This document shows, piece by piece, positions 17,668-27,052 of a stretch of 41,738 nucleotides of DNA. The first letter of the stretch is position 1, and the number at the start of each line of letters is the position of its first letter. The translations under genes were made by a program, and so were the position numbers. The notes under the pieces are model-generated. The model searched no databases, was not told the origin of the DNA, and saw only the letters and a list, made by a program, of their open reading frames with translations. The stretch comes from a virus (taxonomy: Duplodnaviria > Caudoviricetes): IMG/VR virus record IMGVR_UViG_3300037313_001127, positions 1-41,738 of that record. The stretch is one strand, 5' to 3'.

Positions 17668-18762
17668 ATGCAAAAGGTATTCGACACCATCTTCAAGCGC
17701 GACAGCAAGGGAAAGCTGCGCGTTTGGTTCATGGAGCAGGATGGTTCCAGACATCGCACCCACAGCGGTCTCGCTGACGGCGCGATCACCACGACCGAAT
17801 GGACGCAGTGCGGCGGCACGAATATCGGCCGCGCGAACGAGCGAGATCCGGTCGCCCAGGCCACGTTCGAGATCGAGGCCGCTTACGAACAGAAGCTGAC
17901 GCGCGAGTATCACAAGACCGCCGACGCTGCGCTCGCCAATGGCGCGCATTTCTTCAAGCCCATGCTCGCGAACAAGTATGAGGACTTCACCCCTGGTTGG
18001 GCGCAACCGAAGCTCGACGGCGTTCGCTGCATCGCGACGGTCGAGGGTCTGTTCAGCCGGCAGGGCAAGGAAATCCCTGGCGCCCCGCACATCATCGAGA
18101 CGCTGGCTCCGCTGTTCGCGGCCGACCCCGATCTCATCCTCGACGGCGAGCTCTACAACCACGAGCTCAAGGACGACTTCAACGAGATCATCAGCCTCGT
18201 GAAGAAGGCCAACCCCAGCGCCGACCGGCTCGCCGAGATCCGCGCCAAGGTCCAATTCCACATCTACGACATGCCGAGCGCGAGCGGCGGCTACACCGAT
18301 CGTCACGCGTCGATCGTCGGTCTGTTTGCTCACGGCGTCCCTGCGGGCATCCATCTGGTCGAGACGCTGCGCGTGGACACCAGCGAGCAGTATGCCGACC
18401 TGCATGGCCGCTGGCTCACCGAAGGCTACGAGGGCTCGATCTGGCGCTCTCCCACGACCGCCTACGAGCAGAAGCGCTCCAAGTCGCTCCTGAAGCGCAA
18501 GGAGTTCCAGGACGACGAGTTCAAGGTCATCCGCATCGAGGAAGGTCTCGGTAATTGGTCAGGCATGGCAAAGCGCGTGGTCTGTCAGCTCCCTGACGGC
18601 CGCGAGTTCGGAGCTGGCATCAAGGGCTCGATGGAGCGCGCTCGCGAGCTCCTGCACGAGGATCACAATGTCGTGACCGTGCAATTCTTCGCATACACGC
18701 CGGACGGAATCCCGCGGTTCCCCGTCGCGACCAAGTTCCATGGGGTGGCTCGCACACTCTAG
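17668..18762 (+). CDS. ATP-dependent DNA ligase
   Basis: KPMLA, QPKLDGVR, LDGELY, EGSI, LLKRK, PRFP. Confidence 0.93.
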   Translation: MQKVFDTIFKRDSKGKLRVWFMEQDGSRHRTHSGLADGAITTTEWTQCGGTNIGRANERDPVAQATFEIEAAYEQKLTREYHKTADAALANGAHFFKPMLANKYEDFTPGWAQPKLDGVRCIATVEGLFSRQGKEIPGAPHIIETLAPLFAADPDLILDGELYNHELKDDFNEIISLVKKANPSADRLAEIRAKVQFHIYDMPSASGGYTDRHASIVGLFAHGVPAGIHLVETLRVDTSEQYADLHGRWLTEGYEGSIWRSPTTAYEQKRSKSLLKRKEFQDDEFKVIRIEEGLGNWSGMAKRVVCQLPDGREFGAGIKGSMERARELLHEDHNVVTVQFFAYTPDGIPRFPVATKFHGVARTL

Positions 18763-18772
18763 GGAAACCCAG

Positions 18773-18796
18773 CCGGCGGTCTTCGGGCCGCCGGCC
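18773..18796 (+). terminator. GC hairpin after the DNA ligase gene
   Basis: GCCGGCGGTC-TTCG-GGCCGCCGGC; no clear U tract. Confidence 0.4.
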
Positions 18797-18800
18797 AACC

Positions 18801-19073
18801 ATGAAAGGAAGAGGTAAGTTGTTCTCGTTTTTCCGCCGTCGCCAGCCCAAGGCGACTTCCAAGGCTAACGCCATCGCCCTGTCGGGGCTGCTGACGGAAT
18901 CCGCGGCTCGCAATCTGCGGCTGTCGGCTGAACTCGGCCGCACCCGCTATGAGCTCAACCGCTCGAACACGGCGCTCTCCGACATCGTTGCGCACATCGA
19001 CTCCGTGAACGCCCCGAACGGGACGCTTCGCAAGGTCAAGCGCACCGCCGTCGCGGCGCTCGCGGCGCAGTAA
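18801..19073 (+). CDS. Hypothetical protein
   Basis: In-operon ORF; true start may be downstream. Confidence 0.5.
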   Translation: MKGRGKLFSFFRRRQPKATSKANAIALSGLLTESAARNLRLSAELGRTRYELNRSNTALSDIVAHIDSVNAPNGTLRKVKRTAVAALAAQ

Positions 19074-19074
19074 C

Positions 19075-19293
19075 ATGGCCTCGAACAGCAGCCTCATCAG
19101 GGAGGCAATCGAGGACTTCGCGTCCGTTCAGCGCGACAAGCCGTTCCACATGAGCGATCTCACCGAGTTCGTTCAGGAGACGGTGGTTTGCGCCCCCGAC
19201 AGCGCTGGCCGTGAGCTTCGCTACATGCGCGCTCGTGGCGATCTCAACTACAGCTGCATCGAGCGCAAGAGCTCGCTTTATCAGTTCGCCTGA
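19075..19293 (+). CDS. Small winged-helix-like protein
   Basis: APDSAGRELRYMRARG pattern. Confidence 0.55.
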   Translation: MASNSSLIREAIEDFASVQRDKPFHMSDLTEFVQETVVCAPDSAGRELRYMRARGDLNYSCIERKSSLYQFA

Positions 19294-19339
19294 TAAGTCC
19301 GCCCTTGTATTTGTCGCGAGTGCGTGTAAGGTGACACAC

Positions 19340-19618
19340 ATGCAATCAGAACCCCAACCGCGCTCGCGACAATTCGCAAAGCTGCTCACCTATCGCGAGG
19401 GCCAAGCCCTCGCGTTTCTGCAGCGCTCACCAGACGATGATCTCGTCGTAGTGGTGCAACTGTGGTCAGACGCTGCAGACCATCAGATTCGCGCTGTAAT
19501 CGCGCTTGAGAGCGACGATCAGACGCAAGTCGTATTCGACACTCTCACCGACGAAACACTCGCAGATTTCATCGAGCGCAGCCCGTTGGGCGAAGTGCTC
19601 AACCAGGAGCAATCATGA
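19340..19618 (+). CDS. Hypothetical protein
   Basis: ATG lies inside a copy of the 24-bp motif. Confidence 0.55.
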   Translation: MQSEPQPRSRQFAKLLTYREGQALAFLQRSPDDDLVVVVQLWSDAADHQIRAVIALESDDQTQVVFDTLTDETLADFIERSPLGEVLNQEQS

Positions 19619-19926
19619 GGAAGACCATTCTCGCTGCAGTCGCGGCGATCGCATTCATGCTGCCGGCTTGCGGGGAGGGCACCTGGTCCCCGACCCCTGG
19701 CACCCCGCTCAAGATCGGTCTCAACGTCACCGCGGCCAATCCGCTGCCCGCTGGCTGCGACAGCGTTGCTCGCTCGCCGGTCACCCTCGAAGGTCTGCCG
19801 ATCTTTGATGTCATGGCTCTGCCGACGCCGGAGACCGTGACGGTTCGTCCGTCCGGCCTGGTCACCAGCGGCAATGATGTCACCGTCGATCGGACCTGTG
19901 TGGTCGGATACGCCTACCACGACTGA
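19615..19926 (+). CDS. Putative lipoprotein
   Basis: Signal peptide with LPAC lipobox, AGGAG SD. Confidence 0.6.
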   Translation: MRKTILAAVAAIAFMLPACGEGTWSPTPGTPLKIGLNVTAANPLPAGCDSVARSPVTLEGLPIFDVMALPTPETVTVRPSGLVTSGNDVTVDRTCVVGYAYHD

Positions 19927-20312
19927 TGGACATCACCTGGAACTGCGGAATGCGGGTCATGAACCCAAAGTCCGTGGTCACCATCTCCAACCCCGAACCT
20001 GACAGCTGGACCAAGAAGCACTTCATGGCACGAGGCAGAACTCTCGCAGACGCTATTCGCAGCGGCCAGGTCCGGTCGGCGTGGGACGACTACGACAACG
20101 AGGAAGACGCGTTCGCCGGCCGCAAGTCGGAAGAGCGGGTCGCGGAGTCGCAGCGGATCCAAGAAGAGTTTCAGCGTCTGCGGCGCGAGCGCGAGGAAGC
20201 TGCGCGCAAGCAGGAAGAGAAGATGCGCCTGGCTCGCGAGGCTGAAGAGCGGCGCAAGAGGGAAGAGGCCCAGGAGCAGCTGGAAGCACTCGACGGATAC
20301 GGCAGCTTCTGA
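19926..20312 (+). CDS. Hypothetical protein with coiled coil and C-terminal LEALDGYGSF tag
   Basis: TGATG-coupled at both ends. Confidence 0.7.
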   Translation: MDITWNCGMRVMNPKSVVTISNPEPDSWTKKHFMARGRTLADAIRSGQVRSAWDDYDNEEDAFAGRKSEERVAESQRIQEEFQRLRREREEAARKQEEKMRLAREAEERRKREEAQEQLEALDGYGSF

Positions 20313-20731
20313 TGCGCGTCGTGGTCACCGGCGGTCGCGAGTTCGATCTCGTGCATGAGGTTCACCCCATCCTGTTCAAGATCCACAAGGCGTTCGGCAT
20401 CACCGTGCTCGGCCATGGCGATGCGGAAGGCGCGGACACGCTCTGCAAGCTGTGGGCGCTCTCGATGGGTATCGAGACCAAGGATTACGAGGTCACGCGG
20501 CACGAGTGGGATCTCTACGGCCACCGCGCCGGCCGGATGCGCAACAGCCGCATGTTGCGCGAGTTCAAACCTGACATTGGCGTGGCCTTCCCTGGAGGCC
20601 GCGGCACCAGCGACATGATGTGGAAGATGAAGGCCGCTGGCCTTCCTTTCTACAAGGGCAAGCCCACGCTGCTCAAACCCAATCGGCTCTGCTGGGAACT
20701 TCACGAAGGAAACAAGATCACATGGCATTAA
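20312..20731 (+). CDS. SLOG/YspA-like (DUF2493) protein
   Basis: MRVVVTGGR, HGDAEGAD, AGRMRNSRML, AFPGGRGT. Confidence 0.8.
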   Translation: MRVVVTGGREFDLVHEVHPILFKIHKAFGITVLGHGDAEGADTLCKLWALSMGIETKDYEVTRHEWDLYGHRAGRMRNSRMLREFKPDIGVAFPGGRGTSDMMWKMKAAGLPFYKGKPTLLKPNRLCWELHEGNKITWH

Positions 20732-20997
20732 ATTACGCGTTCCCAGGCGCGAACAAGGTGTTTTCCGATCCCCATGGCAAGCACCCCGACACCTGGACCT
20801 TCTTCAACGGCATGACCGTGTTCTCGCGGTGGAAGCTGTCGCCGGAGGAGCTCGAAGAGATCAATCGCACCGGCGAGGTCTGTCTCGCGCAGCTGCTCGG
20901 CAAGAACATCCCCATGCCGACCACGTTCGTCGGGTCCGAGCGAAACATTCGCATCGCGACGATGGACATCATCGGCCGACCCTTCCCCAAGATTTAA
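20722..20997 (+). CDS. Hypothetical protein
   Basis: SRWKLSPEELEEINRTGEV, a pattern common in phage ORFs. Confidence 0.6.
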   Translation: MALNYAFPGANKVFSDPHGKHPDTWTFFNGMTVFSRWKLSPEELEEINRTGEVCLAQLLGKNIPMPTTFVGSERNIRIATMDIIGRPFPKI

Positions 20998-21022
20998 GCG
21001 GAGCGCATAGCAGGTTACACAC

Positions 21023-21349
21023 ATGCAGCTAGTCGTCATTGAATCCCCTCTGTCACCGTCAAACGGCCACAGCTTCGAGAGCAACCAGGACTACGCTCGG
21101 CGTTGCATGCTCGACAGCCTTAAGCGCGGCGAGGCGCCGTATGCGAGCCACCTGCTCTACACGCAGATGCTGGACGACTTCGACCCCGAAGAGCGCAAGC
21201 TCGGCATGGAGGCGGGGTTCGCCTGGGGGCGCAACGCCGAGACCGTCGCCGTCTATCTCGATCGCGGCATGTCGACTGGCATGCAAGAGGGCATCGTGCG
21301 CGCGGTCCAGCGCGGCGCAACCATCGTCTATCGAAAGCTGGGCGAGTGA
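21023..21349 (+). CDS. Nucleoside deoxyribosyltransferase-like Rossmann protein
   Basis: VVIESP, GEAPYASHLLYTQ, VYLDRGMSTGM. Confidence 0.6.
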   Translation: MQLVVIESPLSPSNGHSFESNQDYARRCMLDSLKRGEAPYASHLLYTQMLDDFDPEERKLGMEAGFAWGRNAETVAVYLDRGMSTGMQEGIVRAVQRGATIVYRKLGE

Positions 21350-21834
21350 GCCACGAGGATCTCGTGCGAGAGTCGCACCGCAGGCTGCGCGAGCGCCGCG
21401 AGAAGTGGGACAGGCGCTACCTGGAGCTCGCCAGGCACATTGGCGATCGGTGGTCGAAAGACCCGTCGACGAAGGTCGGTGCGGTGCTGGTCGATAGCCT
21501 GGGTCGCGTAATCCCTGGCTACAACGGTTTCCCGCGCTCACTGTCTGACGACGAAGAGGTCTACGCGAACCGCGACAAGAAGCTGCAGCGCGTCATTCAC
21601 GCTGAAATGAACGCGATTCTGAACGCGCAGGGCAGCGTTCGGGGCATGACCCTCTACACGAGCGTCTTTCAACCCTGCTCGCGCTGCGCTGCGCATGTGA
21701 TTCAGGCCGGCATCAAGCGGGTGGTCTACGAGATCAGCCCCGATGGTGTCCCCGAACGCTGGCGCGAGGACATGGAAGCCGCGCTGGAGATGTTCAAGGA
21801 AGCGGGTGTCGCGACCGTGGGGATCAGGCTGTGA
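21346..21834 (+). CDS. dCMP deaminase
   Basis: SKDPSTKVGA, GYNGFP, HAEMNA, PCSRC. Confidence 0.92.
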   Translation: MSHEDLVRESHRRLRERREKWDRRYLELARHIGDRWSKDPSTKVGAVLVDSLGRVIPGYNGFPRSLSDDEEVYANRDKKLQRVIHAEMNAILNAQGSVRGMTLYTSVFQPCSRCAAHVIQAGIKRVVYEISPDGVPERWREDMEAALEMFKEAGVATVGIRL

Positions 21835-22289
21835 CCTGCATCGCCTATCGCAACGGGAGGATGGCGGCCGACAGCCGTGCTTACGCCGGCGACAAGCATC
21901 CGATCGGCAACAAGGTGAAGATCCGTCGCATGAAGGACGGCACTCTCATGGGCTGCAGCACGACGACACCTGGCGGCGGTGAGGCGGTGCTCGACTGGTG
22001 GGAGAAGGGCAAGCCGGAAGACACGACGCTGCCCGATCACTTCACCTTCCTCGCGGTGCAGAAGAACGGCGAGGCGTTCTACATGACCGGCCCCGACTTC
22101 ATCAGCGGCCCACTGACCGCCGAGTTCTTCGCGATCGGCTCCGGCGAGGCTTACGCACAGGGAGCGCTCGAAATGGGCGCCACCGCGGTCGAGGCCGTGC
22201 GCGTGGCCTGCAAGTGCGACAACTTCACGGCGCTGCCGATCTACGAGATCAGCCACCGCGGCAAAACGATCTGGAGAATCGACGAATAA
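21831..22289 (+). CDS. Ntn-hydrolase (HslV/proteasome-like) protein
   Basis: N-terminal Thr (MTCIAY), AADS, AIGSG..YAQGAL. Confidence 0.65.
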   Translation: MTCIAYRNGRMAADSRAYAGDKHPIGNKVKIRRMKDGTLMGCSTTTPGGGEAVLDWWEKGKPEDTTLPDHFTFLAVQKNGEAFYMTGPDFISGPLTAEFFAIGSGEAYAQGALEMGATAVEAVRVACKCDNFTALPIYEISHRGKTIWRIDE

Positions 22290-22373
22290 AATGCATGCGT
22301 AGCAACACAAATGCACTTGACGTAAGCGCGGTGCATGCTAGTTAACACACATACAGACTCGAAAGGGCACACC

Positions 22374-23366
22374 TTGAAGAAGTTTCCATCAATCGAGCAG
22401 TTTCGACATGCGGTTCGCGCCGAGCGGGACCAGGCAGCGCACGAGAACCGTGCTCCTGCCACCCGCACCTATGTCGGAACGGTCAAGCTGCACGGCACCA
22501 ATGCGGGCGTCACTCTGACGCCCAAGGATGATCTGGTCTACCAGAGCCGCAATCGCATCCTGGCGCTCGGCGACGACAACCAGGGTTTTGTTCACGGCAT
22601 CAGCCCTTTCGAGTCTTCCCTCCGCGACATCCTGACGCACATTCGCATGCACTGGGATCTAGCGGACGACGCCGAGGTCTCGATCTTCGGCGAGTGGTGC
22701 GGGCAGGGCATCCAGAAGGGTGTGGCGATCAGCCAGTGCCCGAAGATGTATGTGATCTTCGCCGCACACGCGAACGATCAATGGCTCGACGCCGCGCAGC
22801 TTCTGCGCACCCCTGGCGTGCCGATCTTCAACATCCACGACTTCCAGACCTGGCGCATCGACATCGACTTCAATCTGCCTGGGGTCGCGCAGAACCAGAT
22901 GGTGGAGATCACCGAGCGCGTCGAGGAGGCGTGCCCAGTCGGTAACGCGTTCGGCTTCGCCGGCATCGGCGAGGGCGTCGTGTGGCGGCCGGTCGACGGC
23001 GACACGCAGTCGAAATACTGGTTCAAGGTCAAGGGCGAGAAGCACTCGTCGTCCAGGGTCTCCACGCTCGCCGCGGTCGATGTCGAGCTTCTCCAGCGCA
23101 AGGACGATCTAGTCCAGTCGCTCGTCACGCAGAACCGTCTCGATCAGGGCCTGAATTGGCTTCTCCACGAGGAGAAGCTGGAGCTCAAGATCCAGAACAT
23201 CGGCACCTTCCTGCGCTGGGTCTTCAACGACATCGCGAAGGAAGAGACTGACACGATCGAGGCCAACGGGTTCACCGTCAAGGATCTCGGCAAGCCGATC
23301 TCGGACGTAGCCAAGCGCTATTTCATGAAGGCGCTCGACGCCGAGCTCTCGGAGCTCGCGGCATGA
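22374..23366 (+). CDS. Rnl2-like RNA ligase
   Basis: Nucleotidyltransferase motifs KLHGTN, QSRN, FGEWCG, GEGVV, FKVK; TTG start inferred. Confidence 0.8.
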   Translation: MKKFPSIEQFRHAVRAERDQAAHENRAPATRTYVGTVKLHGTNAGVTLTPKDDLVYQSRNRILALGDDNQGFVHGISPFESSLRDILTHIRMHWDLADDAEVSIFGEWCGQGIQKGVAISQCPKMYVIFAAHANDQWLDAAQLLRTPGVPIFNIHDFQTWRIDIDFNLPGVAQNQMVEITERVEEACPVGNAFGFAGIGEGVVWRPVDGDTQSKYWFKVKGEKHSSSRVSTLAAVDVELLQRKDDLVQSLVTQNRLDQGLNWLLHEEKLELKIQNIGTFLRWVFNDIAKEETDTIEANGFTVKDLGKPISDVAKRYFMKALDAELSELAA

Positions 23367-23572
23367 GCGACGAGGCGAAGAAACAGCAGTTCCTCGACGG
23401 ACTCACCAAGCTGACCCGCGAGACCGGCTTCGGCGTCGGTGCCTGTGGGTGCTGCGACAGTCCCTGGGTGACCGACCGGACCTATGAGGGCACCTACTAC
23501 GAGAACAGCCGCGGTCAGCTGGCTTACGGCGACCCGCCGAACCCTGGTGACGACACCGAGGAGCATTTCTGA
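23363..23572 (+). CDS. Hypothetical protein
   Basis: Coupled ORF with CGCCDSP motif. Confidence 0.55.
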   Translation: MSDEAKKQQFLDGLTKLTRETGFGVGACGCCDSPWVTDRTYEGTYYENSRGQLAYGDPPNPGDDTEEHF

Positions 23573-24156
23573 TGTCCTCGGAGATCTACTTCACGGTCGA
23601 TCCGGCCGAGGTCATCCGCTTCGATCGCAATGACGACGAGCTCCAGGTGTTCTGGCTCTTCTGCGGTTGCGTGGCGGGCAAGACGGCCAGCACCCAAGCA
23701 CGACTGCTGTCAGCGTTTCTAAGCTCGCTGGGAGCGCATGGGAGCGCGTTTCAGCGCATTCGTAGGTCAGCGATGCGGGGCGAGCTTCTCGACGCTCTGA
23801 AAGCGTCCAGGCTCGGTCAATACAACCGTCTGTGTCGCTTCATGATCGAGAGTCTGAACCTCGACCTGCGCAACTGCACCGTCGAAGACCTTGAGCGCAT
23901 CCCTGGCTGCGGCCCGAAGACCGCGCGCATGTTCCTCATGTTCTCTCGGCCGAACCAGCGGTTCGCGGCGCTCGACACGCATGTCCTGAAACACCTGCGG
24001 GCCAACGGCATCGACGCACCGAAGACCACGCCGCCGGCCGGCGCCACTTATCGTCGCCTCGAACAGGAGTTCCTGAAGCTGGCTGACGCGAGCGGCATGT
24101 CGGTCGCCGACTACGACCTCACCATCTGGAAGCTCTATTCAGGAAACAACGAATGA
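23572..24156 (+). CDS. Helix-hairpin-helix DNA glycosylase-like protein
   Basis: IPGCGPKTARMFL HhH and ALDTHVLK, resembling the OGG/endonuclease III superfamily. Confidence 0.75.
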   Translation: MSSEIYFTVDPAEVIRFDRNDDELQVFWLFCGCVAGKTASTQARLLSAFLSSLGAHGSAFQRIRRSAMRGELLDALKASRLGQYNRLCRFMIESLNLDLRNCTVEDLERIPGCGPKTARMFLMFSRPNQRFAALDTHVLKHLRANGIDAPKTTPPAGATYRRLEQEFLKLADASGMSVADYDLTIWKLYSGNNE

Positions 24157-24587
24157 CCGCCAAGACGCCTGCCAAAGCCGCCGCCCAAACACCTGCCAAT
24201 AATCGCAAGTTCCTCGTGGACGCCGGCATCGACCCCAAGCTCCTCACCGACGACGAAGCCGACGAACTCGATACGCTGCTCTTCCGTAGGCAGAACGATC
24301 TGCCCTTCGGCATTCGCGAAGACAATCGGATGCACGAGCTCAAGCGCAAGGCGAATGGCTTGCCGGCGCGGCCGACCCCGCCGATTCCCGTCGAGGGCAA
24401 CTTCACCATGCCGGTCGAGGGCACAATCACGGTGCTCGATCCGACCAAGGTCGCGAACCTGGTGTTCCATGGCGGCGGCAAGGAAGTGCTGCGCATCACC
24501 CCCGAAGGTGAACTGATCTTCGCTAATCCGTCCGAAGCGGCCGAGGCTCTCTTGCGCGAGTGGAAGCGCCTGCGGGGCGAGGCGTGA
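24153..24587 (+). CDS. Hypothetical protein
   Basis: Coupled ORF. Confidence 0.55.
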   Translation: MTAKTPAKAAAQTPANNRKFLVDAGIDPKLLTDDEADELDTLLFRRQNDLPFGIREDNRMHELKRKANGLPARPTPPIPVEGNFTMPVEGTITVLDPTKVANLVFHGGGKEVLRITPEGELIFANPSEAAEALLREWKRLRGEA

Positions 24588-25117
24588 CCGATCTCGATCT
24601 CAAGCGTCCGCTAGTAATCAACCTCTTTGCCGGTCCAGGCACCGGCAAGTCGACGGCAGCCGCGGGCATCTTCCATGCTCTCAAGAGCCAGGGCGTGAAC
24701 GCCGAGATCGCCGGCGAGTTCGCCAAAGACCTGACCTGGGCACGGCGCTTCGATACGCTCGCCGACCAGCTTTACGTTCTCGGCAAGCAGCACCACCGCA
24801 TCTTTCGGCTCGTGCGCGACTGCGATGTCATCATCTCGGACTCGCCGGTGCTGATGCAGCTGGCCTACTGCCAGGAATATCCCGCCTTCTACCACCAGTC
24901 GGTGGCCTGGGCGTTCGACCGCTTCCGCAACGTCAATTTCTTCCTGGAGCGGGTGAAGCCCTACAATCCGAAGGGGCGCAACCAGACGCTCGAAGAGGCG
25001 AAGCAGAAGGATCTTGAGATCCTGCAGCTCCTCTCGAAGTGGAAGGTGCCGTTCAAGCGCGCGACCGGCGACGAAGCCGGCCTGGCCTACATCGTCGAGC
25101 AGGTGAGGGCACTCTGA
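24584..25117 (+). CDS. P-loop nucleotide kinase (NadR/AAA_28-like)
   Basis: INLFAGPGTGKST, EFAKDL, ISDSP, GRNQT. Confidence 0.75.
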   Translation: MTDLDLKRPLVINLFAGPGTGKSTAAAGIFHALKSQGVNAEIAGEFAKDLTWARRFDTLADQLYVLGKQHHRIFRLVRDCDVIISDSPVLMQLAYCQEYPAFYHQSVAWAFDRFRNVNFFLERVKPYNPKGRNQTLEEAKQKDLEILQLLSKWKVPFKRATGDEAGLAYIVEQVRAL

Positions 25118-25446
25118 TGGGCGCCAACACTTCCTCGAAGGACGTTCTGATCGACGGCACGCTCTTCAAGAGCGAGTATCACAACGACAAGGGTTCGTAT
25201 CGCGTCACGAGCCGCACGCCGCTCGAAGACAATGATCCGCTCGAACTGATCGAGTGGGTCGAGCGCTTCGAGGCCACGCAATATCGCGACGGCAAGTGGA
25301 TCCAGGGTCACTCGATCGACAGCGCCGCAATGGCGATCGGTATCGAGCGTCTGCAGGCGCGCATCCCAGGTGAGCTTCGCAAGCTGCCGGTCTCGAAGCG
25401 CGTCCGCGAGCAGATGGAAGACATCGAGGGGTTCGGGAGCTTCTGA
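25117..25446 (+). CDS. Hypothetical protein with C-terminal MEDIEGFGSF tag
   Basis: TGATG-coupled. Confidence 0.65.
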   Translation: MGANTSSKDVLIDGTLFKSEYHNDKGSYRVTSRTPLEDNDPLELIEWVERFEATQYRDGKWIQGHSIDSAAMAIGIERLQARIPGELRKLPVSKRVREQMEDIEGFGSF

Positions 25447-26123
25447 TGGCGATCCGCCCCGAAGACCTGACGAACTTCGCGATGGGCATGGAGACGCTTC
25501 GCGAGGCCGCGGACAAGGCCGGCGTCAGCGTCCAGCACATGGCGAGCGCCATGGCTGCGTTCCGCACGATGGACGCCAGGAAGTTCCGGCAGGAATACGA
25601 GTGCCAGTTCGACGATCCGGTCGATGTCACTTCCTGGGGCGACACCACCCGCCAGTTCGTGCCGCGGCGAGCGGACCCAAAGATCATGGTCGAGTTCTAC
25701 GGCTACCCGATCACGATCACCCGCGACAATTTCACCGACGAGTTCCGCATCGAAGCCTGGATGCCCGACCAGCAAGGTCGCACCCAGCCGTTGCTCGCGC
25801 AGAAGTTCACCCACGACGCCTTCCACGAGCAGGCGGTCGAGTATCGCTCGAAGATGCAGCACGACTACGGCTACAACCCCTCGTCATACGAGGAGATGTT
25901 CTGCGTCGAGTGGGCGAAGCAGAACATGCGCGACATCGAGCGCAACTATCATCGGCGCGAGAACACCGGCACCGCGAGCTTCACCGATCGCGGCGTCACG
26001 GAGTCGACCGAAGAGCAGAAGCGTCGAGCGCTGAAGCTCGAAGAGGCTCGCCTGGCTCGTGAGGCGGCCGAGGCCAAGAAGCAGGACGCTCTCGAAGCGA
26101 TCCCCAACTGGGGAGCCTTCTGA
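25446..26123 (+). CDS. Hypothetical protein with C-terminal LEAIPNWGAF tag
   Basis: TGATG-coupled. Confidence 0.7.
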   Translation: MAIRPEDLTNFAMGMETLREAADKAGVSVQHMASAMAAFRTMDARKFRQEYECQFDDPVDVTSWGDTTRQFVPRRADPKIMVEFYGYPITITRDNFTDEFRIEAWMPDQQGRTQPLLAQKFTHDAFHEQAVEYRSKMQHDYGYNPSSYEEMFCVEWAKQNMRDIERNYHRRENTGTASFTDRGVTESTEEQKRRALKLEEARLAREAAEAKKQDALEAIPNWGAF

Positions 26124-26401
26124 TGAACGAGTCCACGTTCAGCTTCGGCGGTATCCCGATCTACACGAGCGACCACATCCAGGACGGCCAAGCCTACGTC
26201 TTGGGCGGCGGTAGCGAGTTCGTCGTTCCCAAGGGGCTCTACGACAAGATCCGCGGCCTGGAAGCCACCCAGGTCTGGTTCGACGACTACGCCGAGACCG
26301 ACGATGGCGTCGGCTACCTGCGGAGCGAAGCACTCAAGAAGCTCAAGGCCGAGGACGCGCAGCGCGAGCTCGAAGCCGTCCCAGGGTTCGGGAGCTTCTG
26401 A
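26123..26401 (+). CDS. Hypothetical protein with C-terminal LEAVPGFGSF tag
   Basis: TGATG-coupled. Confidence 0.7.
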   Translation: MNESTFSFGGIPIYTSDHIQDGQAYVLGGGSEFVVPKGLYDKIRGLEATQVWFDDYAETDDGVGYLRSEALKKLKAEDAQRELEAVPGFGSF

Positions 26402-26685
26402 TGGTCCGCACCACCGAGTTCACCGAATACCGCTACCGTCACAGCCGCGGCTATCTCTCGATGCGTCGGGAAGACGAGCACTGCCGGCGTGGCACCTACA
26501 CGCACCCCGAAGGTCTCGTGGAGGTCTTCGAGAACACATACCCGCGCCTGTCCCAGCATGTGACCAGCATGTTCATCACCCGCAACGGCCATTCCTACGT
26601 CCGGCGCTGGGAGACCACCTGGGGCGACCGCACCCTCTCAACCCTTGCTCGCAGATTCATCGAGGACATCATCAGTGAAGCGTAG
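26401..26685 (+). CDS. Hypothetical protein
   Basis: Coupled ORF. Confidence 0.55.
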   Translation: MVRTTEFTEYRYRHSRGYLSMRREDEHCRRGTYTHPEGLVEVFENTYPRLSQHVTSMFITRNGHSYVRRWETTWGDRTLSTLARRFIEDIISEA

Positions 26686-27052
26686 ACCTGTTTTCAATCT
26701 CAAGGCCGGCGACCGCGTGAAGTTCGTCGGCGCCGGACCCAACTGCACCGAGGGCGTCGTTCGGGACATCTACGGCGGCTATGTCTACATCGTCTGCAAG
26801 GACGCAGACGGCACGTTCTACGAGATCGAGCGCTACAAGGAAGAGGTCACCGAGCGCATCTCCGAGTTCAACGTGGTGCCGGTCACTGCCTGCCGGCTGA
26901 CCTATCTCCTGGAGCAAGCCGCCCCCGAAGACATCAACCGCAAGAGCCGCCGCGAAATGGCGCAGGAGGAGCTCATGGACCTGCTCGACCAGGGCCAGAT
27001 CTTCCGCACCAGCACCGGCGCGTGGGGCATCAATCCAGAGAGGCGCGTGTGA
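26675..27052 (+). CDS. Hypothetical protein (SH3-like N-terminus)
   Basis: LKAGDRVKF...GVVRDI. Confidence 0.5.
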   Translation: MKRRPVFNLKAGDRVKFVGAGPNCTEGVVRDIYGGYVYIVCKDADGTFYEIERYKEEVTERISEFNVVPVTACRLTYLLEQAAPEDINRKSRREMAQEELMDLLDQGQIFRTSTGAWGINPERRV

